Shown here: piece after piece, positions 41,113 to 55,000 of the stretch
Numbering within the stretch: position 1 is the first letter of the stretch
Layout: each line of letters starts with the position of its first letter
Assembly: GCA_964016885.1 (NCBI GenBank)
Contig: OZ024740.1
Location: 81,778,001-81,842,000 of the forward strand
Source: Eledone cirrhosa
Taxonomy: Eukaryota
Length of the DNA: 64,000 bases
Direction of reading: 5' to 3'
Notes under the pieces: generated by a model
Told to the model about the DNA's origin: nothing
The model's input: the letters and a program-made list of their open reading frames with translations, nothing else
Database searches by the model: none
Program-made: the position numbers and the translations under genes

Positions 41113-41242
41113 TATATATGTGCATGTATATATATACATACTACTGTACGTCTGTTTACATATATGTATGTACGTATACCTACTTATATTTAAGTAACAG
41201 CCGTACTAAGAGTGAGAAATGAAATTTCGTTTCATTTTTTCC

Positions 41243-41243
<1 letters not shown>
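40381..41243 (+). mobile_element. HHR-bearing tandem element (retrozyme-like), locus B: inverted 5' piece plus about 1.7 units of 432 bp
   Basis: cagcgttcctttgtc at 40520 and 40952. HHR motifs at 40915-40957 (+) and 40410-40452 (-). ATGCAAAT at 40833-40840. Confidence 0.85.
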
Positions 41244-41292
<49 letters not shown>

Positions 41293-43034
41293 TTATAAAT
41301 GTAGTTTCTCTTTATTTAATATCATTGAATTATATATATATATATTTAAACAGTTAGTGCCCGGTGGCCGGGCTCATGCAATTTTGACGGGCACAAACTA
41401 TTTAACATATATAGACTGTACTTCCCCAAGTATTGATTATTTAACTGAAGTTGGTCGTGTTAGTTTAACATAAGCTTGTGCATGCTTAATACTGAACACA
41501 TTCCAGAAGTCTTTGACGGACCGCTGTTTTTCATTAGCCCTTGTGATAAATTGATTGAACGATTTTGGATACTATGCCATAGAAACGGATGTAATAGTTG
41601 TTGTAGAGATGCTTTTGATAGGACGACATGGACGAACGTTTGAAGTGAATTGAGATTTGAAGAATAGCCAGATGCATTATTCAAAAACAGAATTTACTTG
41701 GATACGTACGTGATCGAACTACCGAGTATAATATTTAACATTTTCAAATCTTGTGTAATTTATGTTCCTCGATTTCATTTTGTTAAAGCATGTAGACAAG
41801 GTTGCGGGTCCTCTTCAATTGATTGTACTATCAGACAAAATAAACAATTAATGGCTTAAGCTCCCGGTCTCGAAATGTTTTCACGCTATTTTGGTGTAGT
41901 TTCAAACTTGCCCACATTTGTCTACCTACATTCTAATGTCTAAAGTCTGTCTTGAATTCGGACGCTCACCAGGTTGTTGAATACCAAGACTCGCCCCTGG
42001 AGTGGACGCCTGTCTATCGCATGGTTAAGCTATTAAGCTATTCAGTGGCGTGTACTGTAGCAACGTGAAATGAAGTGTTTTGCTTACAATAACCCCGATT
42101 GCTTGTGCATAGCCTGCTTTTTATGCCATGCCTGTCTATATACTTGTTATACTCAGCTCTATCCTATAATAAACATACTTTTCTTGTGTATGGCTTGCAC
42201 CTATGTGATACCCACCTATATGCTTGTGGAGCACCCATTGACTACCTATTTCGGGTACCCACCAGTATACCTTGTGTATGTATAACATGGTGGGGATTCT
42301 GATTACTCTGCTCTTTCTGGATGTACGCAAGGACCTCATAATGCTTATATACTTATAAGTTACGAGGATCCTATCCACTCGTTTTGGTAGGGACCAGCGT
42401 TTAAATTCCTCTGGCTTCCTTATGTGCTTAAATCATTTTCCTTATTTGTTTTTATTTCTTTAAAAAAAAAAAAAATTTTTATTTTTTACTTTTACTTTTT
42501 TAACTTTTTACCTTTTTATATTATCTTACTTTTAGTTTTTATTTATTTTTATTTTATTTTTATTATTTTTTTTATTATTTTATTATTATTTTTTATGTTT
42601 TAACCATTGCCTGTATCTTTTGCTTTTGCTTTTGTGTGCCATCAATTATATCTGCAACTTGTGGAATCCGCTTGTGCCTTGACATTTAGCTGTGGTGCTT
42701 AACAACCCCAACATGAACACCCTCCTTCTTCGCCTATCTTTACCCTCTTTTGCATTCCGATTGTTCGATTGACTAGGCTCTGTAGAGCTTATACTCAGCA
42801 CTGTGTTTATTAAGCTCTGAGGATTATTACCAAATGGTATGGATGACACATTGTAAGCAAATTAAAACTGTTTGAGTATGTAAGCGTTCTTTGGTTCCTT
42901 CTAAATATAACGGCTCTGTTCTTGTACATTAAGCTAACACAACACTGTCATAATACAACACGGTGCATGTCTGTTTATGCACATATGCTCCGTCACATAC
43001 GTTAATGATTATATATATATATATATATATAGGA

Positions 43035-43146
43035 AAATGTATGACCCCCGACGGCAAACCTCAAGCCGTTTCGACGGGTATTTCTGGACTTAGTCCAGAA
43101 ATAACCGTCGAAACGGCTTGAGATCTGCCGTCGGGGTCATACATTT
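43035..43146. repeat. Near-perfect 112-bp palindrome (hairpin)
   Basis: aaatgtatgacccccgacggca...tttctggact t agtccagaaa...tgccgtcggggtcatacattt. Confidence 0.95.
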
Positions 43147-43239
43147 ACTTATTACCCACTCTAATACCCTAAGTATTGAGTACTCTGCTGCGTTTTGGTC
43201 TATCTGGTTCCTTACCACAACTCCTTCATTATATATGAC

Positions 43240-44011
43240 AAGATATGATGCCTATTCACCAAATTCCAGCAAATTTCAATAATATTAAGAGACCCTATTT
43301 GAGATTAAACCCCCTATTAGGGTTCCCCGGAGGCACAATGTTTGTTTGTTTGTTCAGGAACTACTCATATGGTTTTGGCGAGAGACCCCATAATTATAAG
43401 TATTCTGAAACTACATTGCCCACGGTACTTGAATAAATATATTTCATGTTAATCAAAGGGGAAACCCCTGCTGAAAACTTCTAATGAAAGTTTTGTCCCT
43501 TCGATTTATTTGAAAGTTAAACGATAGGTATATGACAGGATGTGATGCTTTCTCACAGAATCTTAGCAAATAATATTAAGACACTCTAATGCGACTTAAA
43601 ACCCCTATTAGGGTTCCCCAGAGGCACAAACCCCCGCTGAATATGTTTTCCCCTCGATTTATATGAAATTTAAACCATAGGTAAATGACAACATTTGATG
43701 CCTATTAACAAAAGTTTTAAATTGATATTTATAAAAAAATTATTTACAAGAAACAAAATAAGAATAAGATTTAATAATGTAATTTTGAATTGATATATTA
43801 CAAAAAATAATTTTTTCCAATTTTTCATGCATTACATTTCATATTGCGTACCAGTAATACACTGGATAATTGCTGACCTTGTGCCAAAAGTAGAAACAAT
43901 TACATTTCATATTGAGTAATATTGAAATGCAGATTTTTTCTCCATACATTATATCACTGATTTAAAACCAATCATCATTTTCTTATAACAAAGCGCGGCT
44001 AATTCGGCTAG
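43240..44011 (+). mobile_element. Possible non-autonomous Helitron 3' part with internal ~290-bp duplication
   Basis: Ends aagcgcggctaattcggCTAG|t, like the Helitron end at 17940. aaacccctattagggttcccc occurs at about 43307 and 43598. Confidence 0.45.
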
Positions 44012-44818
44012 TATATTTATATATATATATATATATATTAAAATACAAATATTAATAAAATAGATGTTCTTTTGATAAATTACATTTTATTGTACATATT
44101 TCGGATGTACAACAGTATGTCCTCATGAGACACAATATAATGATACATGACATACCCTGAGATGTTAAATGATTAAGATTTAATCAAGGTAGTGATTAAC
44201 CTAAGAGAAAATTTAACATTTATACCCTAATAATGAGAAAATGCGAAAACGTACTAAATTCAATAGAGAATGTGTGAGTAAGAAAAACGTTGGTTAATGT
44301 GACACCTATAAAGATTTTAAAATCTATGATACTACAAGTTATGTTTATCTAGGAAAACATCTCATGAATTATAACAGTTAATGAGAGCCACTGAAATAGG
44401 ATTTATAGAGAGGGAAAGATAAGGGGGTAATATATGCAGAAGGAGATTTTTTCCGAAAGTTAAGCGGTTAAGTTTGAAAATATTTAATTTATGCTATTTT
44501 AGGGTGAATAATCAACATTTTCGTTTTTTTTTGTTTTTTTTTTTTATATTTCTAACAATAAGTACTTCATAAGCTTTACATACCGATTATGTTGACATTA
44601 ATTATCTTCGTTAAAGTTTACATTTAGGAAAATGTTCAACAGTGTAAACTTTCCTTTTCGCTGGCCAGATAAATCCTTTAAATGTTATCCTCATAAAATT
44701 CAGAAGTTTAGAAATGTTAACACATTTATAGAATTTACAAAACTAATAAACATAAGTAACCAGCAATTAAAAAAAAAACCTTTAAAATCTTGATTCTTCA
44801 CCCTAAAATAGCATATAC

Positions 44819-44938
<120 letters not shown>

Positions 44939-45227
44939 AAATTAAATTAAGGGTTGTCATGTCTGAGAGACATGCGCCATATCCACTGCAGAATAAGCTC
45001 AAAGATTCCAATGCATATATCCGAGCATTTAATATTTTTTATTTTTTTATTTAAAGAAATATATACAAAGGAGATTAATCATTTTAAAAGGTATCTATAT
45101 TTGAAATTCTAGTTAAACTTTAATTAGTTATCTATCTAGCTATGTATGCTTACACACTTTACAAATTATTCCCTGTGATTGTTTCATATGTTTATTTTAT
45201 ATATATATATGTCAATCTATTTCTAGT

Positions 45228-45346
<119 letters not shown>

Positions 45347-45893
45347 AGTGTGTCTGAATATACTGGACCTATATGTTGCATATTCACGACTTATATAATA
45401 ATATAGCCTGCAAAACAACAACATATGCATATATGCACTTAAATAAAGACTTATATACAGGTTACAGTATATAAATTTATTTGCTCTTAATAGTTATTAG
45501 GTATTTTAAGTCACCTTGTTTATAAACCAGGAATAACGAGATAAGATGTTCGCTATATAGAACTTGCAATTCATATTAGTGCTCCAAATCTCTTTGCAAC
45601 ATAAATTTTGTCATGGTACAAATAATTGATTTATTGTTTGAACATTGGTATTGAAATATACAAATATAATCTTGTTTTTAAATAATCCCTCGACGTTGCT
45701 TTGTAGGAAACCTATTTTGATACGTTTAAATTAATACGTGACAGTTAATGTCATAATCCTTCAAAGATTTTATTTGTCTTATAAATACATATACACATAC
45801 ATCTATGTATACGAATATAAATCAGGCATATATACTTTTAGTTAAATAAATAGATACATACATAAATACATACATATATACATACATAAACAT

Positions 45894-45969
<76 letters not shown>

Positions 45970-45976
45970 ACACATG

Positions 45977-46021
<45 letters not shown>

Positions 46022-46627
46022 GGTGGCTGCCAACTCGTTTCCGAGTACGGCCACTACTTTATATCCATGTAAGAGAACCCCCTACCGATGCGCTGAACGA
46101 GTGTGACTTTTTAGTCCAGCCAGCGACTTGAAAACTTTGGTACAAACACTACACTTGTGATAATTATTGACACATAGTGCTGGGCCCATGGTACCATGTG
46201 ACGACAAGTGCAGAGAGATCTCCAGATATAAAGCAATGCCTGTGCCATGAAGCTTTTATAGTGAGCAAAGGCACTGCACAAAGCCAGTCCCACTCTCTTA
46301 ACCAAGATGATATTTACCAAAAAGGAGAACAAGTCAACATCATTGCATACCATCAGAGTTGCAGGTGTTATATCAGAGTTTTCCTTCTCCTAGAATTCTG
46401 CCTTGACAAAGGCTAAGGGGTCATCTCTCCCGGTGATTTTGGATGGCCATTGACTCTTAAGAGCTCCTTTGCCTTTTGACAGGTTTTGTTTTTATTCCTG
46501 CAGGATGTCCAACGTCACCCTCCTCACCAAGAAACCTTGGCGGGGTTGCCAGTTTAGTCGCCAACGACCCGACCATGAGACAGGTTGTACTGGGATACAT
46601 GTTACCAGTAGCACCAAGTGGTGACCT

Positions 46628-46671
<44 letters not shown>

Positions 46672-46676
<5 letters not shown>

Positions 46677-46866
46677 TACTTGGGGAGTGTCATATTGTAA
46701 TAATATTGCCAGAAATAATAACAGAACACACTCACTGTTTCGTTGGTTTTCGCTTCTGTACCTTTTATATCAGTTAATTCATTCGGTCCTCAATGTTTAC
46801 CATTGACTGACCACCGGTCAAAATACAGATATAATATAGATATAAACACATGTATATAGTCTAATA
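46672..46866 (-). mobile_element. Second copy of the solo-LTR-like element
   Basis: Collinear with 19258-19462 and embedded in (TA)n. Confidence 0.6.
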
Positions 46867-46878
46867 TATATATGAACT

Positions 46879-46948
<70 letters not shown>

Positions 46949-48409
46949 TATAATATATATCGAAACTACAATACATAAGAAGCACGGGACTGCGTACGGT
47001 TTATAATTTTGTATCCCATTAGTAAAGTAAATTGGATTACTTTGAATAAATAATGAATGAATATTACCAAATTTATATACTAAATTTCGTGGCTGTTCAT
47101 TAAATATATTTTATTATTCATTTAAAGATTCACTTCTTTAAAATTTTCAAATGTCAACACTTCAGGTGGTGGTCGCTTAAATAAACATTAATTTTCTGTC
47201 ACTAATTTTCTCTTAATGCAGTTTATATATAATATCGTCTTTTTTTTAATGCATCATGGATTACGTTACTGATTACATAAGACAATGTAACGCAGTCTTC
47301 GTTCAATTTCTGTTTGACGTATCATATGCACATGTATATATACTTGCATATAATATCAATATTCTCACTACACATGCTAGCAGAAAACCACCCGAAGGGT
47401 GGTCTTTCTGCTAGTGCATATAAATATATATACACATAAAGGTATATATATATATATATATTATTTATTATATATTAAATTATATATTTATATTTATTTA
47501 TATATATATTACATATTTATTTTTTTACTTTTATTCTACTTTAATATTTAACTGATAGAGAGACCGATAGAAAATAGTAACCTAAGTAAATATATATAAC
47601 AGCCGAATTCCCACCCTCATCGCCCCCATCTCTCTCGCCCGTCTGTTCTGTCATTTTTGTTTGTCTGCTTTGTCATTTGTCAATATTAAATTTATACTCT
47701 AAATAAAAGATTTATTGTTTATTAATCCCCTTCATTCTCACAAAGTATATCAAGGACTATAGGAATGTTGGTATTGATGCTGTTGACAATGATGTATACA
47801 AACTTGTTTCTACTTTTGGCACAAGGCCACCAATTATTGAAGTGAATTACTGGTACTTTATTTTATCGACCCCGTAAGGATGAAAGGCAAAGTTGATGAT
47901 GTATACATAATGTACGTTAAAAGCAATTATTTAATATATGCAATCAATAACGGATCTTCGTGAGTTAGTCTGGGGCTGGATATTCGTCGCAGATTTAATT
48001 GTTTTAATTTTGCAATGAATCAAGCTGGCATTAATAAACATCTGAAAATTAGCGATAATCTGAGATGTTTTGGGGATAATAAATAATGTTTTTCAGTCTG
48101 CTTCTTGTTCTCAAGTGTATTAGGTAGCAGGTGCACCAAGTTGTAAAAGTAGCTAACTTGTTTTTAATATAGAAATAGAAATGATAAATTATTTATGTAT
48201 GAGTAAGTAGATGGAATACGGGATGTATATATGAATGTGTGTCTGCCTGCATATAGATATATGCAAGTGTATACATTTACAATTAATAATATACCTTTGT
48301 GTATGTGATACGTATAGTTGAATGTATGAATGTGTGCGTGTGCCTGTATGTCTGTATACATGTACACCCACACACATCAAAACATACATACATACACACA
48401 TATAAATAT

Positions 48410-51400
48410 ATAAATTCCCCTGAAGGACTATGTCCCACCCCTCCCCCTCAGTTCAACACTCCCAGGAACACACACACAAACACTCCACCACCACACAACA
48501 TACCCGTCCTACCTACCCACAATGATAACACCTCAGGCACGGGAACCTCAACATCTCCAAGTGAAGATGAAGATGAACCCCAAAAACCCAAGAAGCAAAA
48601 ACACACAGAAAAAATACAACCAAAACATCAACTAAAACACGCACACAGCCAACACTGACATAAACATACCACCACAAACGACAACCTCACCAACAACACA
48701 ACGAGACACTTCATCAACAAAATAAATACCCACACCACCACAATCACAAACACCAACCACAAAAAGAAAACTACAAACAGAAACAGTACACATAAAAACA
48801 AAACACATTACACATACATAAAAACAAGAAACAAAGAACTGGTGGAAACTGTCCGAAAGGACCCCACAATACAAACGGAAGGGAAAACCTTCCCCACCAA
48901 CGACCCACCCCAAACCTCAAACTTATCAGGGTAACAACCCTACAGTCTGAAACTTTAAAATAGAACTTCCCACATGATGACCCTCCCCCCACCCTTGCCA
49001 AAGGCCCCTTAACTGTGACCTGCTAAAATGATTCCCTCCCTCCCCGAACACCACCAATCTGGACATCGAGATCGAACAACCCGACCTCCAGGAAACGAAA
49101 AGGTAAGTGTTCCTGCCTTTTCTCTACTTAATTCTTCTTCACCTATATGGCGACTATACAAGCTGGATGTTTGAATGTACGTGGTCTGGGCATGTCCTGG
49201 AAACAGGGCCAGCTCTTAAATGATCTCAGGTCACATTGTATAAATGTGATAGCCATCACCGTGTCCAGGATTCACGACAAGCACCAGCTAACGCCCATGT
49301 TCGATGATTTTGAGATCTACGCATCTCTCTGTCAGCCAGGAGATGGAGGTGGAGTTGCTGTTCTGTTTCGAAAAAACTTGGATCTCCAAATACAGACGAT
49401 TCACTTGGACCCGGAGTGCAGCCTGGTGGTCCTGGACGTGAATGGTAGTGAAGGTGGAGCTTTCAGACTGGTGGCCGTATATGCACCGACTGGGACATCG
49501 CGATCAGAGTTCTTCAAGCGTCGGGAGCCATTCCTGGGAACGTCTCGCTCCTTAGTGTTAGCGGGGGACTGGAATGGAATCTTAGACGCACTTTAGGACT
49601 ATGTAGGAGCTTGTGATAATAGAGGTTGGTGTAATAGCCTCAAACATCTCATCAGTCAATTCCAACTGGTTGATAGATATTGACTATACTTCCCAAGTGC
49701 ACCAATGTGGACGTGGAGCAACCGCACTGGGTCTTCTAGATCGTATTTAGATAGATGTTTTAATTAGACAGAATGATAAGGAAACATTAAGCTGTCCACA
49801 AATGCATAGCATGGCCTATTCAAACCACAAATTAGTCACCTGCGTAGTCAACCTTGATAGAACGCATAGACAGGGACCCGGATACTGGAAGTTAAACATG
49901 TCGCTCCCGGCGCGTAAGGACTACAGTAAACTGATTAGCACTTTAGTTAAGTGCCAGTTGACGGGGTTGATCGTCAACAACAGGTGGTGGAGCTCTCTCA
50001 AGAGAGCAATTAGAATAGAATCGATAGCATTTAGCAAGGATGTAGCTTTAGAAACAACAAAACTGAAAACGAACTGGTAGCTAAAGTAGAAGAAGCACTT
50101 AGGAATGGCAGTACAGCTGACCAGGTCCATACAGGACAACCTCCACCCCGTGCGATACATCATAGAGAGAGTAGGGTGTAAACCTGGCTTCAGTGGGGTT
50201 CTGGTCTATTTAGATCAGTCTAAGGCATTTGATAGGGTCGACCATCAATACTTAGAATCAGTTCTCAAGGCGGCCGGCTTCGGTCTCTTTTCAGAGGCTG
50301 GATCGCTGCCATGCACACCAGCATCTGCTCGGCAGTCAATGTGAATGGCTACCTATCAGAGCCATTCCAAATCATGCGTTCCATCCGTCAGGGATGCCTT
50401 ATCTCCTCCATTCTGTATGTACTGACTCTCGAGCAGTTACTGCGGAAGTTGGAGCTGTTGCAGGGCATCCCGATCGAACCAGGACTGCGGAAAGCAGCAT
50501 CGACCTATGCCGACGACATAACCGTAATGGTGTCGAAAACCTCGGAAATCGGGGTAATCGGCAACCTAATACAGGAATACGAAACGTTGACAGGAGCAAG
50601 ACTAAACCCAAACAGGTCTGTCGGTTTGTAACTCGGCACATGGAGAGCCAAACCCATGCCTTCCGACAGTGTCATTGGACGCTGGACGGAAGGACCGGCG
50701 AAATTGCTCGTGGTCTGGTTTAGTCCAGACCCTCACGTGGACAAGAACTGGAACGAGGTCACAATGAAGGTGTTTGCACTCACGCAGAAGTGGGCTGAGT
50801 GCAAACTCTCCTTGAAAGGTCGACCGGAGGTGGCGAACACTTACATAGTGTCCGTCATCTACTACTTCTTGACAGTCGTGCCTTGCCCCCGCGAATACCT
50901 TACCAAAATGGAACGCCTACTCTTCAAGTTCCTCTGGAAGAAACAGGCTCCATTGGTGAGGAGATCCATCTGCTGTCAACACCCTTCTAACGGAGGGCTG
51001 GGCATGCGGTGGATGATGATGCGCAAACACACGCTGAGGCTATCTCATCTCCAGGTATTCCTGACCAGTGAACCGGTGTGGCTGTCGTTTGTGAGACAAG
51101 ATCTTCTACAAATCGTCTCACTAACAGAGCTGCAGTCCTGGGTCAAGCGAGGACCGTTAATGGGTGACAGGCACCTCGAGTGCCTACAGGTGCTCACAGC
51201 CCTCCTCCAAGCGGAAACGGCAATCAGTGGAGACTCCACTTCGACATTCTATTGGGGATTAGTGGAGGATAAGTGCGACGACAAGGAGCTCTACCAGTCC
51301 GAGACAAAATCTACAGGCACGGACGCCCTGGCAGAGATCCTGTCAAAAGGACCTGTCCAAGATGTGAGCAGGACATCGAAACCGTTCTGCACGCAATTGT

Positions 51401-52005
51401 TCAGTGCCCAGGGGTGACCGACCTGTGGAATTATGTCGAACAGCTACTGTCACGTGTGGGACGCATCCGGTTGTCAGCCGAGTCCATCGTGAGGATCACT
51501 CTGCCGCCTTCATTTAAGAATGAACGAGAGGCGGTTTCCTCTGTCTGGTGGCTATGGCGAAAGAGGTAACATGGTGGACGAGGTTAAAAGGACTGAGGGC
51601 AAATACCTTTCTCTCCGGTCAACAACTTTTCCCCTTCTTTAAGTATCACTTCAGTAGGAGAGAGAGGTGCTACACCCCAGTAAATTCGCTGAAAGGTGGG
51701 TGAATGTGGCGAACATGGCCCGAGTGATGAATGGGCCTTCTCTGTATATAAACCTGCAGGGTGAGGAAGATGAACAGAGGGAAGACAGGAGCACCTACAA
51801 AACGTGTTCCTGGTGTTGAGGGTTGTTCTATCAACGGGGTGTAATACAACCCTGCAGTAACATTTCCCCCTATTGGGGATTTCAATTGTTATTTTATTAT
51901 ATATAGTTTATTGTTACTTATTTACGTTAAAGTGATTTTTATGTAAACCCCCGCCGTCACGTATTGTAGTGTCCCATTTTTGGACGCTCCTGTAGCAAAT
52001 AAAGA
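48410..52005 (+). mobile_element. Tx1/L1-clade LINE, 5'-truncated, with internal deletions
   Basis: ORF1 tail runs to the stop at 49104-49106. ORF2 starts at 49147 (CLNVRGLG, GDWN, GPGYWKLN, DQSKAFDRVDH, IRQG, YADD, CPRC). AATAAA is followed by (ATCT)n. Confidence 0.92.

Positions 52006-52076
<71 letters not shown>
52006..52076 (+). repeat. (ATCT)n microsatellite joining two Tx1 elements
   Basis: Read directly. Confidence 0.97.
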
Positions 52077-52080
52077 ATTT

Positions 52081-55000
52081 GGCAAAACGATCTAGCTGTC
52101 GTCTGTTCGATAGCGTAGACGTAATTCACTTCGCGCAGAAGTTTTGTTCCAATTTATTGCGGAAATTTTGTAAGTTTAATTTTAATTTTGATACTATTGT
52201 GTAGCTTGACCCCCCGTCTGAACTGTCAAGCGGTGGGTCAGCTCATGTTCGCCCCTCCCAGGGGTGAAAAAACTGTTTTTAAAAATGTTGTTGCATAAAA
52301 TTTCAATCGTCTGGGAGAAATGTTAAACGAAGCTAACGAAAATAGTGGTGGGGGGACAGCGGTAAGAGTTGTAAGCTCGCACGTTTTAGTCCCCCCACCC
52401 CTTCCTTCCCAACTAACGTCATAGAGAAGGAAATAAAAAATAAAATAAAAACAGACGAATGTGCGGAGAAATATGTCGATGAAAACACAAATCTGGAGAT
52501 TGATTCCAACAACAAAAAAATACGAAAGAATTGCATGACAATATTAATACCACAAACAAAGAAACAACAAACACAAAAATAACATTTGAAAACAACAACA
52601 TAATAACAGAAAGCAAAACAGACGACAAAGTCAACACCAATAACCACTCATTTGCACAAACAACAAAAAAATCTTTAACATACATACCTGAAAATATTTC
52701 AGATGAGGCACAAAGAATAAAAAACGCCAAACAATTCATAACTCAAGGGGAAAATGGAGCCTTGGCAGTAAAAATGCCCCAAGAACTCACCAAAAATATT
52801 GAAAGTCGGACGGTTGTTTTCCGCACCATCAACAACATCTCAAAAAAGCCACAACAACCAACACAAGCAGAAGTTAAAGCGGTACTTAGAGAAGTACTTA
52901 ATTAAGCAACTTTCATAAGAAGAGACAGGCTCTATGGAAGCCTGGCCATTATTATGAAGAACGAATCGGCAGCCAAAAAATATGCTTTGTCGCCGATTCG
53001 TTCGACGAATTTTACCTTTTATCCATCTTATATGGGTATAAGAACTCAGCGCATATGGCTGGATGCGATGATGCCAGATATGGACTACTGCTGGCTCATA
53101 GCTGGCTTCATCGATCCAGCTAATGACAACGTGATTTCCATTGGGAAAACCACAGGCAATGCGTTCAGTGAACAGGTATAGAACTTGTCGTGCAAATGAA
53201 GCCTGAACGCATTGCCCAAATACCTGACAGAATCCTATTAGAGGGCCACGCGTATATAAACATTAGCGTGGAGGGGAGAGGCCGTCCTGTCATATCTGTG
53301 CAGGCAGAGGGCACCTGAAGGCGGCTTGTCCCCAACTCAACAAGAAGAAAACCCTGCTACCAACACCAGCTCCACCACCACCACAACAGATAAACAAACA
53401 ACAAAACTCAGTCCCAACCAACCCGTCCCTCAGTAAAACTACACCACCACCACAGCACAAATAGACACAACACATTACCCAAAAACAAAACACAGTCCCA
53501 CTCAACCCCTCACTCAATAAAACAACACAAGCACCGCAGCCATAACACACAACACAGTCTAACATAGTGACATCCATCTCCCCCACAAAGAAAACTAACA
53601 CGGAAACATTACCATCAAACATACCTCTTCCCTCCAACACTGAAGATAACCCAACGAATTCGGAGGAAGAAACGGAGTCCTTCAGACAGATTAAAAGGAG
53701 AAAAAGAAAGCAAGTGCAAACACACACAAGGCCAAACAGCCCCTAGCCAAATGTCAACACAATCCAACAAAACACAAAACACTCCTCCAGCAACAAACAA
53801 AACCAAACCTGCCCCCCCCTCTTCGAAACACTCACACCATCCGAAAAAAAACATTACACTATACTTGCATAAACAGAAACAATAATAAATTAAATGAACT
53901 CATAAACAATAACCCTTCGGTACAAACCGAAGGGGTAAACTTTGTTTCTTCAGAAAACTACCCACATTTAAAATTAATAAAGATCCCAATGAACCTCTAC
54001 CAAAAACTAAAAAAGGATATTAAGGAGGACGTAGGACCACCCTCTGTCAAACCCATAAACCGCGTCCTACTAAAAATCTTTCCCCCTCCCCTTCCCCTCC
54101 CAAACACAACTCCAAACACCCCAACCCCACCACACACTGACGACCACACACCACCACAAGACACCCCTTCACCCAACACCCCCGACCCCATGGAAGTCGT
54201 ACGACCCGAACCCCGGGAAGATGAGAGGTAGGTCTCTACACTCTCCTTTGGATTTGCCCCCCACATGGATGTGTTAAGAGTAGGATATTTGAATGCACGT
54301 GGCCTGGGCTCAACTACGAAGCAAGCAAAGCTTCTAAATGACCTCAGGTCACGTGGTAAAAATGTAATGGTTATCTGCGAGACTCGGATCAGCGTCGTGC
54401 GACAGCTGGCCCCTACCTTTGATGACTTTGAGGTGCACGCATCTCTCTGTCAACCTGGAGGTGGGGGTGGGGTTGTCGTACTGCTGGAAAAACACCTGGG
54501 TCTTGCCGTACAGGTTGTTCACTCGGACCCGGAAGGTCGTTTATTGGTGCTAGACGTCGGCAGTAGTGGAGGTTCGGCCTTGAGACTGGTCGCCGTCTAC
54601 TCACCTTCCGGAGCTGAACGACCCAACTTCTTCCAACGTCTGGAGACTTTTCTGGGAACGTCGCGTTCCCTGCTTCTAGCGGGGGACTGGAATGACATCC
54701 TAGATGCACGTTGGGACTATACAGGAGCATATCCTAATAGAGGGGGGTGTAACAGCCTCAAGGGGTTACTCGACCGTTTTAACTTGGTCGATAGATATCG
54801 ACTAGATTTTCCAACTGTGCCAACCTGGACTTGGACGAACCACAGTGGTCAATCTAGATCGTACTTAGATAGATTCTTAGTTAGAAGTAAGGATAGGGAC
54901 ATATTAAGCTGTCCAGAAATGCTCACGGTTAGCTATACAGATCACAAATTAGTGACCTGCGTAATCAACATCGAGAGAATACATAGACAGGGTCCCGGTT

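Noticed and set aside
46020-46630. GC-richer segment resembling RTE 5' UTR sequence; considered twister or HDV-like ribozyme
   Set aside because: The required pseudoknots could not be assembled by eye. An Infernal search would be needed.
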